A stretch of DNA of 61,505 nucleotides, filler included, from Sluysia triapertura (taxonomy: Eukaryota): assembly GCA_046118255.1 (NCBI GenBank). It is 5 parts of 5 records of this genome, joined end to end, with 100 filler letters (N's around TTAATTAATTAA, not from the genome) between each part and the next. Parts side by side here need not be neighbours in the genome. Positions count along the whole stretch, not along the records: positions 10,883 to 24,150 come from JBJNIA010048896.1; positions 24,251 to 35,200 come from JBJNIA010190974.1; 3 more parts are not named here. One strand, given 5' to 3'. This document shows, piece by piece, positions 13,336 to 27,200 of the stretch. Position 1 is the first letter of the stretch. Each line of letters opens with the position of its first letter. Both the position numbers and the translations under genes were made by a program. The notes below the pieces were generated by a model. That model had not been told where the DNA came from and searched no databases. It was given only the letters and a program-made list of their open reading frames with translations.

Positions 13336-13948
13336 CTTGTAAAATTTTATTGTGTTTAATTTAAAAAAAGTAACCTTTTTATTGATAAATATAAATAATT
13401 TTGTTATATTAACCCTTTGCTGGATTTTAGTTTAGTATTTAATCATGTTATTTTTTGCACTCAGTGTAGCACATTTTTTTTGTTTAGTCGAAAAGGAAAA
13501 TAATTTCTTGAATTTGAAGAAATTTGGCATTTCAGAATTTTAAATTTCTGTTTTCTAGGTGCTAAGTTCAACCCAAATATATAGAAACAAGTATTTTGAT
13601 TTATTGGACAAAATGACACTTTAATGAAATAAATAACAAACTGTATAACTATTTAAATAAATCCATTCAAATAAATTTAATTAAATTTTGTCACTAAATT
13701 TTATTATCTTCCTTTTAAACTAAATATTACTCAGTTCCCATTGTTTAATTTAATGTTACTATAATTAAAATATTTGAATGCCTAAACTAATTAAAATTTT
13801 CCCATAATTATATGTAGTACATTACTAATAATATTCAATATATTATTTGAATAAATTGTGTATGCAACATAATTTCGTTAAACAGCATTTTAATGTAAGC
13901 CATTAAATAATAATTTAATATTTTTACTAATTATATTTTAGTTTTGAG

Positions 13949-14469
13949 ATGAAAAACTGGAGATCTTTTGATAATACCATAAGTGACTTCAAGAGTGATT
14001 CAGTACCAAGTCTTAAAAGCAATCCTTTATTAAGAAATATCGAAAATAAACAATATAAATACAGTATTCCAGTTTCTGTTAAAAGTGATTTTATTAATTA
14101 AATAAATAAAGTGTTTGTCTTGTTTTTTAAAGGTGAACCTGTTTCATTGATTAATGAATTTCAACAAAATTTACGATTAAGTAATTCAGCAATAAATATT
14201 TATTTGAGACAAACATCAGATTCTGATAAGGATGTAAGATCTGCTCTTAAATATGACAATGAAGAGGAAAATGTACAGAATTTTGTTTTAACTGGTCTCG
14301 ATAGTTCCAGCAATGAAGGTTAATGATTAAATTCAATAATAAATTAATGAAAAGTTATATTTTCAAATATATTTAAGAAGAATTTTTTATTAACACTGTT
14401 TTATATATTGTTTAATATTATTTGTAAATAAATTTCTTTTTAGCTAAATACCATGAAAGTGAGTTATGA
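13949..14469 (+). CDS. Hypothetical protein, 3 exons (13949-14084, 14133-14318, 14444-14469), about 115 aa; may have upstream exons
   Basis: Two GT-AG introns with matching phase 1 join MKNWRSFDNT...PVSVK / SEPVSLINEF...SSNE / AKYHESEL*. No recognisable domain. Confidence 0.5.
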
Positions 14470-15527
14470 AATTAAATGTCAGTAAAATTAACAGTCAAGC
14501 TGGAACTTCATTAGATATGATTTGTTCCTAAATTTATCGAAAAAAGATGGTTTTTTTCATTACATTATCTGCACTAGAAACATAATGTTAAATATATACC
14601 ATGTTAATTGAGAGTGAATATACTAGTTACATATTTTAAGTATTCTGCATTGATAATTGATAATATGAAAGAGAAAATTATGGAGCAATTCATTAAAATC
14701 ACAGTTTGGTTTTACGGAATAGAGATTGACTGAGGTACATATACTTATATAGGAAGTACATATAATAATGAAATTTATAGTTATAATCATAAGTGAATAA
14801 TTAATTAAAATTGATAGAAAATCAATTTTATTAGAGTAATTTGATTTCAAATATCTAGAACAAGAAAGAACAGAAATAAATCATATTAATAACCTTAAAA
14901 TTATAACGAATAATATATTAAAGTAAAATGATAACAAAGAAGTTAAATAAACTTTAATACATTTTAAAATGCTCCAAAATAAAAACGGAACACAAGAAGC
15001 ACATATGAACTTACTATTTTTAACTAGCAAGTTAACAAGATTGTGAATGAAATGGTAACATCAGAAGAATGAAAAAACGTTTGATTTTTCTAAAATGGAA
15101 ATTGACAAATGAATGCTCATAACACACTACTCAACATATTACTAGAAAATGAAGTATTACCACGTGAATTATAATGTGCTAAATAAATATTTAGGCACAA
15201 AATATAGATGAAAATAATTTTAAACGTTTTAAATATTATTATATAAAAATGTGTTACACGTATTTTAAAATAACTAAATATTCATGAACGTTCACTTAAA
15301 AACGACTAAAAACGCTCAAAAAGTATTATCATAAATAACAGATAAAAGCTAGAAAGTAGCAAATGAACATGAAGAAAAAGGACAAGATTTCATTAACTCC
15401 CAAACTCAGATGTCAATAAAGCAAAAATAATCAGCCCAAAGTGAATACTAACCGGCTCAAACAAATTTTAACTAGCAAGGCGGATATAAATAAATAAACA
15501 ATTTAAATATGAAAAGTAATATATAGT

Positions 15528-17350
15528 CTATGTTTCCTATAAGCTGTGCGCGTGTGCATACACACAAGGAAAACAGGTGCGCACAAAAGTTTCTTACTGA
15601 GAAAAAAGTACTGACTCACTGTCAAAAACTTTGTTTAAATATCGGTTTTGAGAATGGAATTTTTATTTCTGTAGTAAAGAAAAAATTATCTAAGTATGGT
15701 TTTATGATTATTGAAAACAAGGGCTACTTAAATCCGTGATTATCGTGTATGGTGTGGTAAACTGCCCCTTTGTCGTTCACTGTGTTTGTTCTGTATTGTA
15801 GGCAAAAATTCATGCACATGAATTTTTTAAATTTACTTAAAGTTGCCGATTTGCAGAAAGGTTGAATAATGACTTGCAACTTGCAAAACTAGTTTTATAA
15901 TATTAACATTTAGCTTTTGTGTTTATATGAAAAAAATTCATTGGGACATTGAAAAGTCAAAAATCGTAATAGCTAAGTTCATAAACAAGAAAGATTTTGT
16001 TTTCCGTGTTTTTTCAGAAAGAATATTGGAGATTTAGAGGTTGTTATCTGGAAGTTGTAAGACGAAAAGCAGCATTTGAACGTTTAACTAGTTTTTAACT
16101 GAGTGATTCCAGTTGTCTAGGATTTCTGACGCTTAAAAATCTATGAGGTACTCTATACCGGCCACTGAAGAAATTTGAAAGCTGTGAAACTTCACTTGAA
16201 AATTTGTATTTGAATTTACTGAAGCATATAGACCTAACAAAAGAAGATTTAGAATTAAACTGTGTTGAAAACTCAAGAACAAAATAAATAAATACAGTCG
16301 TTTTGTCCTTCTTGGACGTGTAATCCCGTATAATAGACATATATAATTTTATAATTGTTTAAATAATCTTAATAATAATTTTTCAAGTACGTATTTTATT
16401 TTCTCTATCGGAAGTTCTGACATTTGCCAAGTTAGTTTGTTTAAAGTTATTATTTTCACATTTATTTTTTATAGCCTGCTATGGAAAATCAAAAGCTCAA
16501 TAAGAGAAAGAGAACTTAGACTTTTCAATAGTGAAGATCTATAAGGACAACTGGAAGCTTGATTTACTGAAAAGGCATTTAGGAACCAAGGTTCACTTTG
16601 ACAGTGTTGAAAAGTTGAGAAGTCAAAATCATTCACTGCCACAAAGAGGGTTGTTACATATTATCCAAACAACATTGGATTCGGAGGGTAGAAAAAATAT
16701 ACTCAGAGAAAACGGTCTAAACAAGTAAACAAGTAAAAAAATCTTAATTGACAATGTTCTTTTAGCTATAAAAATGATTAATTCCGTATTGTTTGTGCAA
16801 CAAATCAAGTACTTGATTTTTCCAGATAATTAGCGTAGCAAAAATTACGGATTTGGATTAGTGGAAATTATCAACAGTGTGATAGAGAAAGAGGTAATGT
16901 CATAACTGGCACATGCAAAATTTCACTTTGACACTTGATGAAACTAATGATATTTCTATTAACAAATGACTGATTTTGTACTTTAAATTTCGACCCAATA
17001 AATTTGATGTATATAATGTAGTTTATAAAGCTTGTGATTCCACGACTATCGTGCATAAGATTTAAAAATTCTATACAAAAAACCAGCTCCAGAAGATGGT
17101 ATTGTTTACAAGTGATGCAATAAATACTACGGATTAGCAGCATTTACTGCATCCGAACGAGTTATAAAAGAACAGTACAATAATTTCAAATTGTATGCTC
17201 AAAGAAAATTGAAATCAAAATCTGTGAACTTGCGCAACTTGCTTATCAGATATAGATCTAACATTATACGAACACAATCTTGATAAAAGAAAACTAAGAT
17301 ATGGCATTTCAGGTGGTTCAGGTTCGATAATTTACCCCCAAAATATGACC
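15528..17350 (+). mobile_element. Decayed hAT transposon (ZNF862/KIAA1586-like transposase)
   Basis: Left end CTATGTTTCCTATAAGCTGTGCGCGTGTGCA resembles hAT termini. Disrupted frames give LDETNDISINK*LILYFKF (~16935-16990) and KMVLFTSD (~17094-17117), matching hAT DETTD and FTSDGA motifs. Right boundary approximate. Confidence 0.7.
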
Positions 17351-18609
17351 GCTAAGAAGTTTTAATTATATTTGATTTGATGCGTAAAATGAAAGGTGGT
17401 CAATTCAGTGATACTTCCAATAACACAAGAATATAACCAATATCAATACATTAATATTTACTGAATAACTGAGCAAGTTTATTTAATCTTTCCAATTGTA
17501 CGAGGTTAAGGTAGACGATTTTAAAAAATTATTTTGCAAATTTTTTCGAATAAATTTTCAAATTTTACTTTAGAAAATAAATGCATTTCGTTTTACAAAA
17601 TTATTTCAGGATAAATTACTATTACTAGATGTGTTTTGTTTTATTTCAACATTATTTTCTATTGAAATTATGACGATTCTCTTTATTAAACTCTTGTAAA
17701 TGCCTTCTTCTTAGATTCCATTGTTAAACAATACATTATATTCTTTAATAATAAGTGATAAAAAACATATCTATTGTTATGTGATAACAATTACATGGTA
17801 ATAATTTTTTTCAATTTCAGGCATATGTGACACTTAAAATTCTACTGTACACCTCTAATGATCATCTTGTATATTAAGCATTTGAGAGTTAATTTTAAAT
17901 CAACGATTTTATTGATTTCATTGATATTTTTGTCATTTTCACACAGATTCATTAAATATGTGCTGTAATATGTGACTGAAACTGTTTGTTTGATGATTTC
18001 ACAAATTACAATGAACAAAACACTTCACTCTTGCAGTATTAACATGTTATGATCTGTTGATTCTTATGAAATTACTAATCCGATACCATCTTATAAAATA
18101 GCATCAATTCCGGGAAACAAAAGTTTCTTTATTTTTACAACTGATAATACATATTAGACCATATTTTTATTTTTAAAAATTTTCTTACTTGAACCATAAT
18201 TGGGGTTTCATTTAATACCATTTGATTTTCGAGCAATATGGCCATAAGTAGATTATTAATTAATTTATATTTTTTTCGAAAATTGTTGCCAATTCTTTTA
18301 AATAATTTAATCTAACTTACTTTTTGAAGCAAAAAAAGCTTCCTATTTTGTTACTTTTATACCATCTTTTTAAATTTTTGTTACTATGCCGTTTTCTAAA
18401 TACTTTTTCCAGACTTTTCTTATTCATAGTTAGAATACTTGAAATACTTCGTCTTTTAACCTTTAGTATACGATTTTATAAAGCTGCAAATTGTGCTGGA
18501 AACAGATTTTTTAAACTCAACGCTGCCACTTAAATCCTACTGCATATAGGACAATTTTTTATTTATGAAAAATATATCCTTTTCAAAAATGTAGGACAAC
18601 CCCTATACA

Positions 18610-19991
18610 CAAACACAATTTATATTATAACAAATTAACGATACTATTTCATAAATAAAACAGAATAAACTATTACTTATTTATAGTTTTCAGTTTTAGT
18701 ACACTTTTAATTACTACATTGCATTTAGTTAAATAAATTTCATTTCAAAAGTATAGGACACATTATACAAACTTTTTATTTAAAAGACTTTTCAACGTAT
18801 TGTAGGAAATTAATATTTTATTGATTTTCCTGAGTTTTTCAATACCTCGACACACTTTTTGTCATCGAATTAATCAATGTATTTAAACTTTTATTTCAAT
18901 CTTTTCCCAAGCATCCAATATTGCATTTTTTTAACTCAAAAAAGGGGAAAGTAATGCAAAAATTGCCAAAAAGTTAGACAAATCAAGACATGCAATATCA
19001 AATTATTTGGATAATAATTATAAAAAGCAATGAAAACAAATTGGCAATTCCTAATCGACAGAAAAGGAATTTAATAAGGTATGCGAAAAATACAACATTG
19101 TTTACATCTCGCATAATGTCAGATTTAGAGCTATACTGCAGTAAAGCAACAGTAAGGAGAATATTAAAAATAGTGGTGAGATCAAATTTATTAAAATGCT
19201 TGCTAAACCTCCACTTACTGATGCTCATAAAATAGCAATAATTAATTTTGCCGAAAATCATATTAATAACCACACTGACTAGGCTAAGATAATATTCTCA
19301 AGTAAGAACAAATTTAATTTGGATTCAAAAGAAATATTTTCTAAGAGAATTTGTGGTGGAAGATCACTTATGGTATTGGGTGTCGTAATTTATGGTAAAA
19401 AGCTAGGTTTACATGTGGTTCTATCAACTCTTAATGGTGATAATTAATATGATTAGATAAAAATAGTAGTTCCGTATGTCAAACTTCCAAAAAATATCAA
19501 TGTCATCTTTCAGCAGGCTAAAGCTACTGCTAAAACTACACTTAATAAGTTCAGTGAGGATGGATTAAAAGTGTTAGAATGGCTAGAAAGATCCCCTGAC
19601 CTCAATCCAACAGAAAATTTATGGTCTCAATATAGTCAAGGAAAACAGTATAACATATCTGAGTTAAAAATGCAATTTTGGATGCTTGGGAAAATATTGA
19701 AATAAAGTCTAAATATATTGATTAATTCGATGAGAAAAAAGTGTGTCGAGATATTGAAAAATTCAGGAACATCAATAAAATACTAATTTTGTTCAATACT
19801 TTGTATAGTATCTTAAATAAAAAGTTTGTATAATGTGTCATGTACTTTTGAAACAAAATGCAATATTTAACTAAATGCAATATAGTAATTAAAAGTGTGC
19901 TAAAATTGGAAACAATAAATAAGTAATAGTTTATTCGTGTATTATTTATTAAATAGTATTGATAATTTTGTTATAATATAAATTGCGTTTG
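18610..19991 (+). mobile_element. Full-length but inactivated Tc1/Tc3-like transposon with about 175-bp TIRs
   Basis: TIRs at about 18610-18783 and 19812-19991, followed by TA. Transposase remnants: SKATVRRIL, IFSSKNKFNLD, GGRSLMV, IFQQ, WLERSPDLNPTENLW (~19580-19625). Many stops and frameshifts. Confidence 0.92.
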
Positions 19992-20315
19992 TACTTTTGT
20001 AATTACTTTTTTAAAATATGTATATCATATCTTATCATATCATATTTTAAAGTTAGACGATTAAGAGAATCGCAAAATTCACTTTAAACAATTTAATTAT
20101 TTAAATTAATAATTTAGAATTATTACAGTGGTATTGTTCATAAACCTAATATAGGTGATTATAAAAATAAAAATGGTCGTTTTTTAAAGATTGTGCGATA
20201 TGCTATTTTATAAAAGTATTCTGCCTTACGTAACATTCATTTTATTACTGATACTTATTTCCTGAAATAAGAAATTAACTTGTTGCAATAAATTCGTTTT
20301 ATTTATATTTTAAAG

Positions 20316-23252
20316 ATAATCCTACAACGGACATAATGAAGGAGTATCGTCTCGCATTAGAAGAAATGCAACTTCATATAGATAACATCAAGTCTCGCTA
20401 TCCTAGTTTCACTGTTCCTGCAAAACGTTATGAAAACAATATAAATCGTGGTATCGAATATTATCGGAAGTTTGTTAGAAGAAAACAAAGGCAAGAAAGT
20501 AATGAGTATAATATGCCAGAAAGTAGGTGTGTACCAATTGTAAAATTAGAATCAATAATACCAGCAAATGTTGAAAATACGATAAACCAGTACGTTTGTT
20601 TAATTGTTTCTTATTTTAAAAATAATTTTCATTTTTTTATAAAACCCTTGAAAGTATAAGTAAACAAATAAATAAATAAAAAATAAACAATATATAAAAT
20701 TGATTTTAAATATTAATTATTATATATAATAATATAATCTTTTTATTTAATTAAATTGAATTTTTAAAATTTCATTAAATGGAGATTGAAAAAATTGTAA
20801 TTTGTGGCTTGTACAACATTAGTGAAGAAAATTAATCAATCCGCAAATTCTTGTAGATTAGTGTTATTGGTTTTTTCTTTTTCTCTTTATTGCAAATTAA
20901 AGCTTTTATCTATGGATCTTTCTACAGTCTACGATTTATAAATTCTCTTCACTTTATTTAGAAGTTCTGGTTCTCAATCGTCTCACTATTTATTAATTTC
21001 CTTTTAATGCTTCTAAGATATGCAGAAAAATTTATTCTCAAAATATATACAAGATATATTAAAACTTTGTAAGAATAAGAATTATTTATCAAAATATTTA
21101 TAAAATACACAAATTCGACTAAAATTCTTGCAAACAAAAGAATCAATAAGAATTTAATATATTAGAGTTTAGGTTCTAGTATCAAAATGTATTTTAATGG
21201 CGATTTTGAAATTGTGATCACACCACTTTTTTAAAAATATGAAAAAGTTAAGTCTATTATAAGTCTCAATTACTTGTGACATTTACAACTACAAAACTTA
21301 CGATCATGGATACAAAGAATGGATAAGAGTGGTTTTCTTCAAAGAAAGTCCTTTATCTGAATTTGATCGTAGAATGAATAACTTCTCAATAGACCAGACA
21401 AATACTTTCTCTTCAAAAATAACTGATAATGATTGTTAAAATTTTATTATTTTACATATTGAAATAAAACTGCTATAAATTTCTAAATAAAATAAAAATA
21501 AAAATTTATTGGTTCTAAAATTTTATCTAAAAAAATTATAATTTTAAGTAGATTTCATAAAATAAATAATTACAAGTTTTTATACATTCTTTACAACCTT
21601 TTAAATTTTTTAATTTTCATTTTTTCGAGAGTAGGACTTTAAGTTATCAATGTAAAAGTGGTCCAATGATAGTGTAGAAGATTTAATGACGCCTGTTTGG
21701 CGATTAAAGACAAAGACATGACTATTCACTCGAATATCACATATTCCGATGTCACAGAATCCAGTTCCAAATATTCGAACGATGCAACTGAGCTTTGGAT
21801 TTCTCGATCGAATGCATTTCGGAGTTTTTGATAGTGCTAAGAATGATTAATCAGTGTAGCGAGTAAATGCCATTTGAAAATTAAAGAAAAAGATAATAGA
21901 TTCACAAACATTTGACAGAATATTTCAATGATATAAAAATTTTTTAAAAGGATTGTTACTCATGACAAAAGTAATAATATTAACAGAAAGTAAAAAAGTG
22001 AATGATTAAGTGAAGGAGAGATTGGTCGACTGGTCGTTTTGAAGTCTTGATTTGGACAAATCTTAAAATATATATTACTTTGAATTGATTTCTGATTGTC
22101 AATCTATCAACCCTGGACTGTATCATAATCAAGTTAAAAGACTGGAAGCTACCATGACTGACAGTTATTCAGAATTAGTTAATGTAAATAAAGTTGTATT
22201 TCAGCAAGACAACGCCAAACCTTACACGTCGGAAGAAAGAAATTGTTAGATATTGACGTACTTGACTTAATTCCACATCTAACTTAGGGCCAGATTTTGC
22301 TCATTCTGACTATTATTTGTTAAATCAACGGTTTATTTTTTAAAGGACCTTCAATAGCAATGACTACATATATTTTTAGAGGTCGAAAATTTCGAAAATT
22401 CCTATTCATATTATTGAAGTTTATTGTTATGATTAAATATGATGCAAGTATCTTATTTAGCGAAATTTTGTATTTGTAAAAATATATCTGAAAATATTTC
22501 TCTTCTTTATACTATTGATTTTTAAGATTGCCATTGCTTATAAAATGATAGTTTAATAAAATTATTTAGATTTAGTTAACTTCGTGTTAGAATTTAACGA
22601 ATTTTTTAATCAAAAATTGTGAAAATTCTGTTTTAACATCCAGTAATTATTAGGAATTTTTGGAATTCATGAAATGAATTTTATTTTTAATATTTTGTTA
22701 AGAAATGTGTAGTTATAATTGATAAATTTAATACAATTTTTCAGTTCAAATGAAAAATGTCCAGATGCATTTATTGGCAATCTTGAAGCCGGTTTTAAAA
22801 AACTAATTAATCAATTTAAGCAAGAATATAATCAAGTGTTAGAGTTAAAAGTTGATGCTAAAACTATTAAATTACAAGAAGAAAACAAAACTTTATTGGA
22901 AAAAATTAATAAACCAACTGTAGATACTTCAACTCAAGTAGAATTCAATTCTCGGCCAAGTACTTCGGAGTTTACGAATAACACTACTACATCATCGTCA
23001 GAATTAATACCGGTCATAACTAATAATAATTCTGGCTTAATAAACCAACTAGTGAATTATATTAAATATTTGGAAGACAAATTGACCATTGCTGATTCAG
23101 AAATCAAACGTCAGGAGGTACTCAGTTCTATACGTTATGAAGAATTGACATTGGAATCGATGAAACAACAAAAAGAATTGAAAATTATTATGGAAAATGA
23201 TGTTAAATCTATGTTAATACAAGCAGCACATAAATTCAAAAAGAATGAATGG
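20316..23252 (+). CDS. ZMYND8/ZMYND11-like chromatin reader, partial (exons 20316-20589 and 22745-23252; possible divergent PWWP exon ~20118-20216; MYND exon not seen)
   Basis: The exons join in phase 2. YRLALEEMQLHIDNIKSRY resembles the post-PWWP helix of ZMYND8. The second exon is a coiled coil ending HKFKKNEW|gt, matching the KKKQW motif that immediately precedes the MYND finger. Confidence 0.6.
21620..22340 (+). mobile_element. Decayed mariner (DD34D) transposase in an intron
   Basis: FLKRIVTHDK (~21941), VVFQQDNAKPYTS (~22193) and GPDFAHSDYYL (~22287) match mariner VTGDEKW, HDNARPH and YSPDLAPSDYYLF. Boundaries approximate. Confidence 0.85.
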
Positions 23253-24250
23253 GTTTGTATTTTAATTTTTTAACAAATCCATTGTCGATATAAATGTTCA
23301 TTAAAGTTTTCTTAAATTTTAAAAATTAAAAAAATATTTAATTGTTCCACAAATCAGATTCGAGTAAAGATCATAAATGTTACATCAATGTATCAACTAT
23401 AAACAGTTTTTGTAAACCGTTAATATTATTTTCATTATAAAAAAGCTAGAAGGTATAAATTAATCAAAAAATTAATTATTTGTGAATTATTCTATTAAGA
23501 AATTAATTATGGAATTATTTATTAAATATGGACAATCAATTTAATTGATATTCTGCATTGCTTTACTTGTGTCAAGATTAAAAAATTAATTTATTAACCC
23601 TTATTATTCCAATCGGCAGTAATGCTGCCAATTAAAGTATTAATCTTTTGTACTCCTTCGTTATGTTTACTCATTCTTTGAGTGATACGGACTAAAATTT
23701 ATAGATACAATTCAACACTAATTATAAACGGCTTTCTATGTTCACCTAATGTGTACTAAAACATTAATTTATGAAAATAAGTTATTTATTTTATATACGA
23801 ATTAAAAAGTTGCACACGAATTTTAAGAAAAGGATTTTAAAAATAAGTTTAATAATAATAATGATAATGTGATAATGTGATAATGTGATAATGTGATAAT
23901 ATTTATATTGCTTTTATTGTATATTTCACAACGTTTGAAAATTATGAATGATAAGTTGCTTGGATTTTATGAATATTAATAACTTATTTGCTCTACAAAC
24001 ATTATGAATTTCTACATGCTTACATTTTATCTAATATTAAAACTACCGAGGCAGTCAAAATGACGGCTTTTAGTTTTCTTGCTAGAAAATTATATAATTA
24101 CAAATAATAATTTATTGAAACAATTGCATGACTTTTCTACATATTTGGTGNNNNNNNNNNNNNNNNNNNNNNNNNNNNNNNNNNNNNNNNNNNNTTAATT
24201 AATTAANNNNNNNNNNNNNNNNNNNNNNNNNNNNNNNNNNNNNNNNNNNN

Positions 24251-27200
24251 TAGTAGCAGTAGCAGTAGAGGATGATAATGATGAAACTGTTCTTACCTGA
24301 GTTGCAGATGTTGATAATAAAGTACCTTTACATATATCAATACATTTTGAAGAAATAATAACATTTCCACACAAAGGTTTCATTTTTGAACAAAAAGTCG
24401 GCTCTAGTGATGTTGATAGGGCTGGAGTACGACAAGTTTTATAACATTTTTCATTATTTAATTCCTTTTTCAAATTACCAATACTATCTTCTAAATTATC
24501 TCTCTCTTTATTTTTCTGTTTCATTTTCAGTTTTAATTCTTCGATTTCTTCGTTTTTTTGAAGTAATTTCAGATTTTAAACAATTGTTCTCTTTTTCTCT
24601 TTTTGTTTTATTATTTATCATTAATTCATAGTCAAGTTCGATTGGTCATATTGATTTTTTATTTCATCTTGTTGGTGTTTGGTTTGTTGAAGTTTATTAT
24701 TTAATTCATTTCGAATTGTTTGAAGATGTTGTATTTGCTGTTGACTTTTAAAAGCATTTTGTTCAAGTTCAGTATTTAGTTTTTTGAAATTTTTCTAAGC
24801 TCTTATTCATTTCATTGGAAGATTGTTCATTTTGAATATTTTCAGAATTCTTACTAATATAATAATTTGAATTATTTTTATTAATGCCAACTTCACGCAG
24901 TCTTTGTACAAGATCTTTATGTAAATGGTCAACCTCAGCTTCTAATCGGATGCATCGTTTTTGAGCCACTGATAATTGTTCAATTGTTATGTCGTATAAA
25001 CGTTTTGCTTCCTGAAAATCACTTTGACAGAGAAGAAGTTGCTTCTACAAGTAAACATGAAAATAATTAAATCTTAATAATAATAATAATTCGAAGAACA
25101 AGGAACTTGTTTATAGACAAATGAATTTTAACCCTTATAAAACATAATTAAAGATAACTTAAAAAACCCACATAAAAAATTTGTTCGGTATTCATTTTTC
25201 TTATTACTTATTATTCATTATTAATTAGTAGGTAAATTATTACTAAATTTGTTTAATTTCTATTAAAACTTTTTAATAAAATTTCCTCACCCAGATTATC
25301 TGCTGTTTGGTTTATTTTCTTTTATGAACAAAAGATTTAATAAAAATCATTTTAAAATTGTAACCTCATAAACATTCAAATGTATCTACAAAATTTTTGA
25401 GATATTACTTTTAAATATTTATAAATTAAGACAAGCAGTATCGTGAAAAGTTTGTTATCAAATATATCAAACCTATAAATCCTGAAAATTATAGAAAAAT
25501 ATTAAATTATATAAGTATAATATAAAAATAATTCTGCGATAAAAACAATGTGCTTATCTAGCCCTAGACAAAGATCCAAAAGCTAGTAAGATGGTTTGCA
25601 TTAATAAATCTCTTACTGCGTATATCAGAGAATTGTTGCTGTAATTAACATTATCTTAATCAATAGACTACTCCATTTTGATATTATATGTTTTAAATGT
25701 CTGGAAAATAATATATTTGTGAAAAAGCATCTTAAAATGTAGGAAAGACTTATTTACAAACAAAATAAATCGAATTTGAATAATCAATAAATATTGAGTG
25801 ACATACTTGAGAAGATATTATTTTTTAATTCTATATTTCACAAAACATTAAAATTATAAAATACTATACAATAATAATGATAATAATAAACATGAAAATG
25901 TGTTTCTTGTCTTCTAGATTCGTTCAAAAGTGATTTCAATTGTAATTCTCGACTTCTAGTTTCAGAAATATCAGTTTCCATGGATTTAATTAACACTTGT
26001 TGATCACTGATAATTGTTTGATCTTTGGAATTCGCTATTTTTAATGAATCATTTTCCATCTAAAATAAACTAAATATAAAAACAGAAAATGAACACTTTT
26101 ATTTTAACTGTTTAAGCATGAGAAACATGAAATCTGTGTTTATCTATTTACATTGCGCATGAATGAGTTAAAATATTGGGAATTAACGAGAACATTTTAT
26201 CAATTAAAAAGGTTTCTGATGCATAAGTGCACAAATTCTATATGAACAATTCTTATATCGAACAATGATAAAAATGATAGTATTTGATCATTAGTAGCAA
26301 TTTGTAAAAATAATATATATACGTATTTGCATGCAATCAATAATAAATGAATAATACTACTACAATGATGATTTACAAATACACACACACACACACACAT
26401 TAACCAACCTCAGGTTTTATCGTAATTTGATCAATTTCAAGGTAATTGTATTAATAATTTTCATATTAATATGTAATTAAATATTTCACTTATTTAAATG
26501 TCAGATGAAAATGTAAAAGTTAACGGAAAATAATCAATGATATTTTTCTATAAATTATTAAAATCTAATATACGATAAGTATGCATGCTTTGTTATGTTT
26601 AGTGATTATTTTTAGGTACTTCTGTTTCACAATAAATGGAGTCATTTAGGAGTTTTAGTTTAATTAATTAATTGTTTCTAATATAAAACAATTATTTTCT
26701 ATTTTATTGTTATTAAAATAAGAATCATTGCCCGTTAGAATTAATTGTAATGAAAATAGTGAGAATTCAAAAAAGTTAGTGCTTCTAAATAAATCGTAGC
26801 TTTAATGTTTTGTCATTTAAGTGTTTTTCGTGATTTAAGAATTGTTTAATTAATGTTTGGTGTTAATGCTTTCTTTCCAACACTTCCTCTAATAGCTCAT
26901 TTAATTGGAATACAGGTAGTATTTTAATAAAAATAATTATCTAGAAAACAATTACTAAAATTAAAGAGTTAATTATAATTATAATGTATGAAGATACGAT
27001 ACCACTTTTTCAGCAAATACATGAAATTGCAAATTTGACAGTAATATGTTTTTCAATCTCAAAAATTCTTACATTCAATAAATGATGAACTTAAAAAATT
27101 AGTGCAAAAATGGAAAGTATATAAGATTGTTAATGAAATATATACTTTTTAGCCTTAGTAGATATACAGATATTCCTCTTATAACATAGTTATACAACAT

